From Schizochytrium sp. TIO01 (lineage: Eukaryota > Protista > Bigyra: Labyrinthulomycetes), in assembly GCA_004764695.1 (NCBI GenBank), contig SMSO01000031.1, positions 2,146,436-2,210,435 on the forward strand: a DNA stretch of 64,000 nt. The letters are read 5' to 3'. This document shows positions 20,056-30,624 of this stretch, one piece after another; within the stretch, counting starts at the first letter, position 1, and each line of letters starts with the position of its first letter. The position numbers and the translations under genes were made by a program. The notes under the pieces were generated by a model. That model made no database searches. It was not told where the DNA came from and saw only the letters and a program-made list of their open reading frames with translations.

Positions 20056-22331
20056 ATGGATGGAAAGACAGCAGCTGGTGCAGTGGCTCAGGCCGAGCTT
20101 CTGGCGATTCATCACCAGGGTGCTAGGGCAGAGCCATCCCGGATTACTCTTGGACAGCGAGGCGACCTTGCGCTGCGACTTGGCAGAGGGCCTTTCAAAA
20201 AGTCAGGCTCGAAATGTATTTTCAAAACAATTAAAAGCTATAAGATTGATAGTGTGTCGAGGCAGCATGCTGAGCTCCACTTTTGCCACGAAGAGAGTGT
20301 CTGGGAGCTTTTGGATTTGCGCTCTACAAACGGAGTGGTGAGTTTCTAAAATAGGTCCAATCCCTGACAACGCGAATGATTTCTAACCTGCGAATTTCTG
20401 CGAATTCGACGATTCAATTTTGAATTGAAAATGAAAAAAAGTTTGTCAACTATGAGCGCGTCCTTCGTGGCGGATCAACTTATCTAGTGCATGGAGATCG
20501 TATTGACTTTGGCGACCCTGCGCAGTCAGATGGCGCCTCTGCGAGCTTCATCTTTATCCTGACTGAAGAGCGCGATTTCAAGTCCAAGCACTTAAAGCGC
20601 ATTGAGACAACCTTGAAGCGCATTGAGACAATGATCAATTCACGAAGTGAGAACGAATCAACTGTTCTTGAAATGATGAAGGGAATACAAAAGAACTTGG
20701 TGGTACCGGAATGTGCAAGACATGCCTTGCGGCAGGCTTCTTCCGTAGCCTCAAAAACATCCCTTTTACCGCATCAATTTTCTACCAAGATCTCCCATTC
20801 CGCAGAGTCTGTGTCCGAACATGCTCAAACTGATGCTTTGTCGTTTGCGTCATCCGAGGGGTCTGATCACCATGGTTTACGTTATCAGCTTACTGATAGC
20901 TGTGAACAGGAAAATGATATCGTGAGTCGTGCGAAGCACAATGGGCAAGTCATATTGGCTATGCAGCACCAAATTAAGAATGATGTTAGCAACGTTGATC
21001 AGGGCAACAGCAACAAGGACGACGAAAACACTGCAGGTAATGATGAGGCCTCTAGTGATAATGATGCTGATATGAATACCAAAAGTAATCAGTGCGGCAC
21101 TGGGAACGAGGCTACCACATACGAGAAATCTATTACAGAGGAAGATGAAAAGGGTGCTGAGAACAGGGATATTACTTATGATAATGATATCAGTAATGAT
21201 CATGACAAAAAGAGAAGACAGCAAGAACAAAGTGGGACTACAAACGCAGAGGTAGCTGCTGAAGATGGAAACGCCTGCGACGAAGGAGGTGATTTTCATA
21301 GCGAGCATATTGACAAGAACCTGCAAGCGAACATCAAGAGCACAGAAGAAACATCGAATTCGAACCAGAATAAGTCCTTTGTCGGATTAGCGTCGTTTAA
21401 AAACAACCTACCGGCTGAGAGTGATAACAACATTTCAGAATACAATGTCACCAATATTAAGGGCGCCAGCAGAGATCCACAAGATACTGGATCATGTCAA
21501 ACAAGTAACAAAGATATTGAAGACTGTTACAGGATTGGTGTGGATGCGGACGAGTCAGAGCATGAGCTCATCGACGAGGAAGAGCAAGCTCGTCGATCGG
21601 ACGACGATCACGACTTTGACGGTGAATTTCACGATGAGAATGCTGTGGAGCAGCCATCTTGCGTACCAGCTACCTCACCCTCTGAAAATCACTGGTTTGA
21701 TTCTAACTGCGCACCAGGGACAAACAAAAATGTGCAAGAAGCCACATGCATTACTCAGCCTCAAGCGAACGCCACCGCTGCGACTTGTTCATCTATTGTG
21801 AATGACCTGAATCATACGAATGAGACCAGCGACGAAATTGAAAAAAAGGTTGGTAACGAGATCCAGGTGATGGATAACATTGACCAGCGTGAAATCAATT
21901 CAGTAACAGATACTTCGATATCTAGTTCTGCAGAACTTAGCCATGCAGCCGACCACCTCACCTCGCAAAAGGAAATTACTCATCAAGATCACCAACCTCA
22001 CGTAACGAATCTGGTCCAGACTCAATTTTCTGTTGAGGAGAGACCTTTACATTCATCCAATCCTCATGTGGAGAAAGCTCTTGACAATGTAGCTTGTAAA
22101 TCTCCCTCTGCTTTGAAAGCGCGTCCGCCTAAACGTGCATTTCGAGACATCACCAACGGAGAAGATGACGAAGGGAAATCTGATGAGGAATCTCCCAGTA
22201 AAATTGCTCGACCAAACCTTTACTCGCAAACTTCAGAGTCTTCGGCATCCACAGCCTCCTCTGGGATCGCCCGTGGAAGGTTTATGGCATTCATGCGTAA
22301 GCTCGCAAATTCGCCCAAGCCTCAATTCTGA
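20056..22331 (+). CDS. FHA-domain protein with long acidic disordered C-terminus; join(20056..20337,20442..22331)
   Basis: FHA motifs LRLGRG, SVSRQHA and LLDLRSTNGV|FVNYERV...LVHGDRIDFG are restored by a GTGAGT...AAG intron at 20338-20441. Confidence 0.85.
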
Positions 22332-22500
22332 AAATGATTCCTAACTCAGGGACCACCTAACTAACTATTATGATTATGAGGTGAATTAAATCTTGAAATT
22401 ATTAGCTTCCAATTGGCAAAGACCAAGCCATCTCCTTTTCCTCCCTGCTCTCATAAATGCAGCAATGCACAATCCTAATCTTTGCTCATCAGGTGATTAA

Positions 22501-22536
<36 letters not shown>
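22501..22536. repeat. (TC)n microsatellite
   Basis: About 18 TC units with one interruption. Confidence 0.95.
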
Positions 22537-22540
<4 letters not shown>

Positions 22541-22978
22541 AGGCCATCGTATGTAGGGTATTAGGTACGCTCCTTCCACAACCTAGTAGGTACCATATCT
22601 AGGCGAATCACTGAGTCAACCACTGGTAATAAAGTCATAACAAACTCCTATGGAGGGGGCGAAAACAAGAAAAAGCATCACAGCGCTTGAATTTGTCTCT
22701 CCTCGCATCCTTCATTCCTCCTTTGCCGTGGTGACCCACCCGCAGGCCTCGCGCTGGCCAACTACAAGCTTCTGGCGTCCTGTTCATACCGCGAGCTACG
22801 GCTGGCTGGGGAGCAGAAGGGTTTTGTTGACGCAGGTTCGTTGGTTGAGGATTGATTCCCTTAGTCGAGTTGGAGAGAGAGAGAGCGAACGAGTGGTCAA
22901 CCTTATTGACTGCGTGCTGCTTGGGGAGATTGTCTGGAGCGGTGAAGATCTGACAGAGTGCGACGTGTCTTGGAGCAG

Positions 22979-25231
22979 ATGGCGCGAAAGAAAGATGAGA
23001 CCCTCAAGATCGTGCAGCATCGCATGAGTCCCCAGATTCTGCACCCGCTCGTCACCGATGTGCTCACAGACTACTTTGGACCAGTAAGTTGAGTTTAGGT
23101 TTCATTTTATATTGAGAGAGCCGTGGAAGAAGAAGCAGTCGAGGTTCAAAACAGCAAGTTTTACCATGCAAACCCCGTTGACTGTAAAAATAATCGATAC
23201 TACAGCGCCATGCTGGTCAGAAATGTAGTCCAACTAGCTAGAACTTAGCGGGAAAGGTGGAATGTGTACTTATTTCAATGACAATGGAAACATAAGCATA
23301 AAGTCAAGAGATTTCATTGAAATAGACAAAAGAGGGCTAACGATTTGATTGCTGAATGGGACACTTAATGTTGTTGTTGTGTTGCGGACATTTCTATTTT
23401 ACAGGTGGTGTCTGCTGTAGGTCAAGTGCTTCTGCGCTATGGCGAGTTGCCTTTTAGAGGTATCTTGAGCTTTGCTAAGCATTTCGAATCCTCAGGGCCG
23501 CGTTCTCAAACCGACTTGGGCACAGAAGACCCAGAAACTGTTTTTAAACAACTCAACGAATCTCTCGTGCGATCAGCGTTACTCACGCTTATCCGACATG
23601 ATATGGTGCTTGTCAGAAAACGGGCGGCAGTGACAAAAGAAGATCTTGCTGACCCTGTTAAGGCTGCAACCAAAACTCCTGCACAGGGACTTTACTTTCT
23701 GGACCCTCGCCGCGTACTCATGCTTCCGCGTATTGCCTTGTTTCAAGCTAACGTACTGCGGCTGCATGGCGATACCGCCCAATTTATTCTTGAGGAAGTG
23801 GCTCTCATGGGTTCTGATTCTAAAGAAGGAATCCTCGATCATTTTGCATTACGCATTCTGTGGCGTGAGAACGACCGAGCAAAGTCCCTGTACGAGGACA
23901 TTCTCGAAAAACACGAGTGGCACTTTGCTGAGTCAGATGCTACAAAGGAGGTAAACGAAAAGGAGCTTTTGGAAAAGCCGGTGGCAATCGCCATCAAGGA
24001 GCGTGTTGCTCCAATTTTTGACAAATTGGTCCACTTTGGTGTTCTAGTTCCGCACCGTAAGTTTACCATGGCCGCGTTAGGCGCAGGAGTGGGGCCTGAG
24101 ACAGAACATGCCGGAATTGGTGATGCCCCAAAAAAACGCAAAGCAGCAGAGATGGATTCCGCTTCTCTCTCACAACTTAACCTGCCTTACGGCAAAGCGC
24201 GTCCGATGCCAATGGATGGATATGCTCCCGTAATTCCCATTGACAAAGAACGTAAGCATGCGACTTGGTTCAAGTTGAACTGGAATTACTTTTTATACGA
24301 GTTCCGTGGTCAGCTTGTGGCCCGTTACTGGGGTGATCGGGTAGGCTCAAAAGCTATGGAGGAGATTCTACTGCGCGTGCTTGAGCACGATTGCCGTAAC
24401 TATGGTCTCTGCGCCACAGGCGCAGGAGATCCTTTTATGCTTCGCGACAAGTCTGTCTTTGTAAGCGCAGACTTCGACACACTGCCACGAGAGGATCGTC
24501 TTACGCAACTGCTCGAGGAGGAGTGCCAGTTTAGTAGTGGTATCAAGGAAAATCATCGTGAAGCATACCGCCGTCTTCTGTCGCGGCTTGAACTGCTGTC
24601 TCGACCAGACACAACCAATGGCATAAGCTTCGTTACTACGCAGATGAGTGCCGGCCGTGGTGGCCGAATGTCACGCACAATCCAAATTAACTTCGAGGGC
24701 TCCATGAAACTTGTTCAACAGGAGTGTGCATTACGCCTTATTCAAGACGCGCACGGCATTCCTGCTCGCCGAATCATTCGGATGTTGCAGGAAAAAGGCG
24801 CATTGGAGCAAAAGGATATTGCAGACTTTGCTTTGCTTGACCCTAAAGAAGCTAGGAGCATCGTTCATGAACTTTCCAGCGCGGGTTATCTTTATTTAGA
24901 AGAGGCACCTAAGCGGCCCGACATGAATCCCAACAATACCTCCTACCTGTTTCGCATCAAAGATTACGCTCTTGACGAAGTTCCAGCAAAAGTTTCCCTG
25001 CAAACACTTCTTAATCTTCGGGTCCGTCAGCGGGCTATCTATAATGCAAATACTGACCTTCTCAACACACAAGATACCGAGGGCAACGTCAAGAAGTTGC
25101 CACAGTACCCTCGCATTATGCGCGCAACTGAAGCGGTCACGACATTGTATCATGCAATTCACGATGTGGACAAGACAGTTATCATTAGCACTTGCTTTAA
25201 CGAATTTCAAGGTATGGTGAGCACAGCTTAA
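22979..25231 (+). CDS. POLR3C: DNA-directed RNA polymerase III subunit RPC3 (C82/RPC62); join(22979..23083,23405..25231)
   Basis: N-terminal LTDYFGP|VVSAVGQVLLRYG and VRSALLTLIRHDMV. C-terminal winged helix HGIPARRIIRMLQEKGALEQKDIADFALLDPKEARSIVHEL...GYLYLEEAPK. GTAAGT...CAG intron in phase 0. Confidence 0.85.
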
Positions 25232-25363
25232 AGATGGTGATCTTTTTAGTAAGAGTAAGGTAGTAAAAAAAGGTTAGCAATTGTTGTTTGTTTTCGAATT
25301 TGGTAAATTAGTGAAACGAAAGGAGTATGGAAAAGTTTGTAGGAAAAGAGTTTGATTTCACAA

Positions 25364-26410
25364 TTACTGCAAAGCAGTCTGGTAAGCACAAGCGTAGCCG
25401 TAGAAACCAGTGAAGCATGTGCAAGTTCCCAAATCCGAGTCACAAATGCCGCGACCAGAGCACACCTTCGATTCCTTGCTACCTACGGTAGGTGTGTCAT
25501 ATGTAACAGCAGTAGAGACGATAGCAGTTCCATCACAAGTTGCAGCAGCCTTGTTGGGTTGGTTGCCTGCAGCACTCTTATCAGCGTAGTCAATGGTCAA
25601 CTGCGGCTGGGTACCAGCGTTATCAGAGGAGCTAAAGGTAACTGTGATGACAACGCCGGTACCAGAAGTAGCAACAACAGAACCAGTGACACTCGGAACA
25701 ACGTTGTTCGGGAGAGCTTGCAAGGCCTCCTTGACCTCAAGCCACTTGATGGTGCTAAGCTCGATAGGGTGAGTTTCATGAACCTGACCAGTCCAATCCT
25801 CAAACTTGATGGTAATGGGCCCGGCCAAACCAGGAGTAGTTCCAGTGCAACCAATGGTAATTGTCTGAACCTCGTCTTGCTGGTAAGTCGTCTCACCAGG
25901 GTTGATAATGTTAAGTGTCAATGGGTCATCACCAAGGGGGCACATTCTTCGTTCACAAGCTGGGCCCTCGTATCCAGGATCGCATTTGCAGACCATGGTC
26001 TGATCGTGATCCCAAAGCGAGCTGTACGTGGAGTCAAATGTTTCGATGGTTTGGCACTGGCCATGGCCGTTGCAATCACTAGGGCACTCATTACGCTGGC
26101 AGGCCTTGCCGGTAAATCCATCATTGCACTCGCACAAGCCCGTTTTGCGATTGCAAACGCCATTGTCACTGCACTCCGAATAGCCGTGGTTCTCGCCAGC
26201 AGTGGTCTTACCACTGGACTTGCCATAAGGACATACGCGCTGAGAGCAATCCTCTGCATTCGGATCAGCATGAGAACCAAAGCAGGTACAACGGTCCCAA
26301 GCACCACAGATACCGTATCCATTGCAGTTAGACGCACAAGCAGCCTCTGACGTACCAATGAGGCTAGCCGCGACCATGACAATAGCAAACATAGAGAGTT
26401 TGGTGTTCAT
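25364..26410 (-). CDS. Secreted EGF/tenascin-repeat protein of the stramenopile tubular mastigoneme (Sig1/Ocm1-like) family
   Basis: Signal peptide, then CNGYGIC, DCSQRVCPYG, ECSDNGVCNRKTGLCECNDGFTGKACQR, CPSDCNGHGQC, WD..CKCDPGYEGPACERRMCPLGDDPLT, and a terminal EGF CSGRGICD..GTCTCFTGFYGYAC. Confidence 0.8.
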   Translation of the reverse strand: MNTKLSMFAIVMVAASLIGTSEAACASNCNGYGICGAWDRCTCFGSHADPNAEDCSQRVCPYGKSSGKTTAGENHGYSECSDNGVCNRKTGLCECNDGFTGKACQRNECPSDCNGHGQCQTIETFDSTYSSLWDHDQTMVCKCDPGYEGPACERRMCPLGDDPLTLNIINPGETTYQQDEVQTITIGCTGTTPGLAGPITIKFEDWTGQVHETHPIELSTIKWLEVKEALQALPNNVVPSVTGSVVATSGTGVVITVTFSSSDNAGTQPQLTIDYADKSAAGNQPNKAAATCDGTAIVSTAVTYDTPTVGSKESKVCSGRGICDSDLGTCTCFTGFYGYACAYQTALQ

Positions 26411-27514
26411 GGTGAAATTAAAATGTGTGCCTTGAAAGCAAGCTGACAGTCGTCACTCCTTTCTTGATGATAAATCTGTAAATAAGAATCGCGCCAATTT
26501 TAGTTAGTCTCCTTGACCTTCTCTGTAACTTTTGTACCTGAACCACCAGCATAACTTGCTATATATTCCAAAGAATAATGAACTTGAGCTTATCCACGTT
26601 GATGATTCTTGCCGTCAATATGCATATCAACTTAAGCTCAAGCTGGAAAGCCACGAACTTTAACATTAAAGGACACGAGCGATTGTGCGTAGAGTCCTCT
26701 GCTGGCTATTACCTCTGCACTACGCAACCTTGTTGCCCGTCCACTCACCTATCCACCTAGATAATCGTGACCGCCTCGCACGAATAACTCCTCCGCGTGC
26801 GACTCTCAATCGTTGAGTTGCTTGTCTGCTGGACGAGCTTATTCGTACTTTGATTTTCGTTGATGCTCTTCTGCTTACTTTAGTACAGATGACCGTTGTA
26901 ATTATCTATGATCTCTTATTCGTTCAATATACTTTCTCCCCTTAAACTTACATTCCTTCTGTTATAGCTTCTCCCATTATAATTGCGTGGGTCCTGCTTT
27001 TTTCATTCTCCTCACATATACCATTAGCGGATGTTCCCCATGCTCGAAATATCGAACTTCAACGGCCTTCAACGTTTTTTATTTTTCTTTCTTACTTACT
27101 TTCTTTTGTTTACTTTCTTCCTGGTCCCAGTCAGGAACAGTGTTGAAAATGATAATTTAAAATAGCATAGAAGTAGTAGGGAAAGGAAGAATACTAAAAA
27201 CATATCCTCACATCCCTCTACTTAACACTCCGAAGACTTGACGTTGAAATTCTATTCCTTTTAATTCTAAAGCTAAATCTATGTTTATAAGTTTTCAAAA
27301 GAGGAGCGTCTCTGTTTTTACCAGTGGAATGACTCTCGTCCGGACGGGGGTCAGAATTGAAACACTCACTCCTACACAGACCGCTCCGGAGGATCCATGA
27401 CTATACGTTGTGGCGAGAGATGTAGAGGGGATTTAACTTAAGCTCTTCATTTATCGACTAGCTGGACTGGAAAAAGACAGCATTCGGGAGCCGTTGAATT
27501 AAAGAAAAGTACTC

Positions 27515-27578
27515 GTGTATTTTTTAACATTAATTTTAAAAACTTTTAATTTTGAAAAATGAATGTTAAAAAATACAC
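27515..27578. repeat. Short inverted repeat (17-bp perfect arms)
   Basis: gtgtattttttaacatt (27515-27531) and aatgttaaaaaatacac (27562-27578). Imperfect pairing continues inward. Confidence 0.9.
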
Positions 27579-27720
27579 AGGTTATCAATCCTATAAATTA
27601 AATTCCTGTTTCTTCTCTGGTTATTTTGATTCTCTTACATGCCTATCTTTACTATACTGCAATGTTTTCCTGTGTTCCTGTGATGATAGAGCTCATTTAA
27701 TTTAATATTCAATTATTTAT

Positions 27721-29000
27721 TTATTTCTTTATTTTTAAGGGGAAGGGAAAGCAGAGAATCGAATGTGTATTTCCTTGCAGACTATCCGCAATTCCCACTT
27801 TGGATGCCCAAACTATGTTTTCTTTTTTCTTTTCTTTTTTAAATTTGCAAACTATCAAGCGAGCGACAGTTTCGAGTACAGAAAGTCCAAATAAGTAGAA
27901 AGAATGAGAGCTTGCAATGCTCGAGGAAATTAATAGACTCTGTTTCAACGGATGTATAGTTTATCTGATATTGCGCAAAAGTAAACTTGCGTGGTAAGTT
28001 GGCGCGTTCCCGTGACCACATTCTCATTTTCTTTTCTTATTGCTAAACTTATGTTAGGCCTAAGAAAAAGGAAAAACAATCCCAGACTCGACTTCACATA
28101 AATATCTATGGATGACATAGTGCAACTTTTGGAGGTGAACTTGGCCAAGTGAAATAGGCCGTGTGAAGCTCCTAGTAGTATCATGATAGGAAATGACACG
28201 TAATATTTGATCGTTACAAGGTGTGTATCTTTGCGTGCATGAACTCTCCCATCTTCGTAACATTGGCCCTACTTGAAGCTGTTTAGTAAACGTGGAATAG
28301 CGTAAATTAAAATAGGAAATATATTCTCTCTTTATAGAGTCAAAATCCAGGTATAGCTCTCTGTAGCTCGCCATTTGAAGTTGAAACTGGGTTGACACAC
28401 ATGACTAGAGTGATCAAGCAAAAGCTCGTATTTTCCAATGTACGTGTACTCTCTTCATCTCAGCTCTGATGGGCGGAACAAACGTCCATGTCAACGTTTA
28501 AATCAAATGTGGTTTTGTCGTGACCGGCACATTATCAAGACACTTTGCATTCCAAACAGAACTTTTCAGATCCGGTGGACCCAGATGTGGCTGAACAGAA
28601 CTTCCACATTCATAAAAACGAGCATTTCAAACACCATTGAGAAAGCTATTACTCTAGCTAGACAAAGGCTCAAAAAATGAATTATTCTCTCAATCCTTCT
28701 CTGCTTTAAGTTATTACTGTGCAGTGGACTTTGGCACTTGGTGCTGAGTTGCCTCTTCCTTTTTTGAAAAATCACCTGACATCTTACCATGATTATTGGG
28801 ATGTATTCTTGAACGGTAATTCTTTAGAAGCACAAAAGCTTTGACTTGAGGCGAAATCTACATCCAGGTTCATGTATCTCAGCATCCTCCATACAAGCTA
28901 TTTTACAGTGTTTTCAAGTTTCAATTGGTATCGTAGGCTAGAGGAGTAAGCAAAATGTTTTCGATTTGACTATTCAGAGTGAGGGAAAACAGCCAAGGGT
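27721..29000 (-). pseudogene. Decayed paralog of orphan family A
   Basis: Fragments in different frames: RRIERIIHFLSLCL (ORF 28566-28790) vs RERYIKAFISECF and KILLCFLSCL; NENVVTGTRQLTTQVYF (ORF 27945-28199) vs NGEDTGTGKVKTQLHL. They occur in the same order as in 14017-15051. Confidence 0.45.
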
Positions 29001-29609
29001 GCACCGTACCAACCACTGTGCAATCTATAGTCAAGATCCTGCTACTATGCGTGAAACTCCTCCATATATCATATATCATTAGCCTTTCGGTGCCTGGGCA
29101 ATGATTCCTCAAGCAAGTCTTACATCTAAATACACTTGGAATCATAAAGCTCAACAATGAAGGCCTCCTTATTTCCCACCTCACAGTCCATGTGCTGGTA
29201 GGTATCTACTATTCAACCTACTACCCAACCTAACTAAGTACTAGCACTATCCTATAACCTAAAGCAGGCCTACCTTAAGGTGCCTGAGCCATTCTATTCC
29301 TTCAGCTTTCCGACAAATAGGTCATTGGTTTCCTATTTATAGCTATGAATGGGTTTAAGGCGCCTTATGCTACTAGGAATATAGGATTAGCTAACTCTAC
29401 ATAGACGACTCTTTTTGGCTTGTTTGGCAGCCCAAACTGCCAAAGTACGAAGCGTGACGCGAGTTCACTTGTAGCTGGCCGAGTTGAAGACGCAGTAAAG
29501 GGTATTGGTGAGAGTGTAGGGTATTTTTTCGGCATTTTTGCGGCGCTGCAGACAGTCTGTCGAGTACTTGAGTAGTTTGTCAGGCAGCAAGGATCGAGTG
29601 GCGAAGACG

Positions 29610-30158
29610 ATGATTCGAGGTATCTTCATCATCAATAACTACGGCCAACCACGATGTGCAAAATTCTATGAGACTGTAGATGAATCTACGCAGCAAATCT
29701 TGATTCGTGAGATTTTCTTGTTGGTCTCGAAACGCTCCGATACGGTGTGCAATTTTATGGCAGGCGATAGCTTGTCCGGCTCGTGGGGTAAAGGCACTAA
29801 GCTGATCTACCGCCATTATGCGACACTTTTCTTCGTCTTTGCATGTGAGGACACTGAGAGCGAGCTTGGAATTCTTGATCTAATCCAAGTCTTCGTCGAG
29901 ACTCTCGACAAGTGCTTCGAGAGTGTGTGCGAGCTGGACCTCATCTTTCACGCCGACAAGGTTCACTACATCTTAGACGAGATTGTCATGGGAGGCCTCG
30001 TGCTTGAAACTAATATGCACGATATCTTAGTGGCTATAAACGAAACCAATAAGCTTGAGCGCCAAGTTGAGGATCAGTCACGAGCTGCCGCAGGTGTGTC
30101 TGCCGTTAGCGGAGCTCTGAAGGGCAAAAGTCCATTTGCGGCATTCAGCCGTTCATAA
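29610..30158 (+). CDS. AP3S: AP-3 adaptor complex sigma subunit
   Basis: MIRGIFIINNYGQPRCAKFY...KLIYRHYATLFFVF...ESELGILDLIQVFVETLDKCFESVCELDLIFH..KVHYILDEIVMGGLVLETNM matches sigma-3. Confidence 0.92.
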   Translation: MIRGIFIINNYGQPRCAKFYETVDESTQQILIREIFLLVSKRSDTVCNFMAGDSLSGSWGKGTKLIYRHYATLFFVFACEDTESELGILDLIQVFVETLDKCFESVCELDLIFHADKVHYILDEIVMGGLVLETNMHDILVAINETNKLERQVEDQSRAAAGVSAVSGALKGKSPFAAFSRS

Positions 30159-30624
30159 ACACAAAAATCTGTGTTGGTTTATCGCTCGGAGTGTATGCTT
30201 CTATGGATACCCTTCCCTCACATTATTTAGCTTAGATGCGACGTGGAGAATAAGAGCTGAGAGGTTCAAAAGTTTCAAGAATAGAGATATTGCCCTCCTT
30301 GCCTTCGAATGAAAGGTGGTCCTTAATAGGAAAGTTCCTCCCACATTGCATAAATTGGTTGAACAAAAATTGATCATACCTAGCTATGTTGTCGCAGCAT
30401 GTGGCATTTGCAGAACCTCCGTAACATATTTATGAGATAGGTTAGTATGCAACCAACAAAAGGGAGAAGCCGACTATTTGTTTTGGTTCAAATTAGTTAC
30501 TGGAGAATGAAAATAGGGACTTTTACACCATGAGTAATAGACACATAGTACGGCAAGATGCAACTTATTATGAAATTCTAGTGCTGTTTAAAATATTGCA
30601 GGACATGCTTAGTTCCTTATGCAG

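Noticed and set aside
25352-26350. 332-aa plus-strand ORF
   Set aside because: Antisense shadow of the codon-biased mastigoneme gene; no recognisable motifs.
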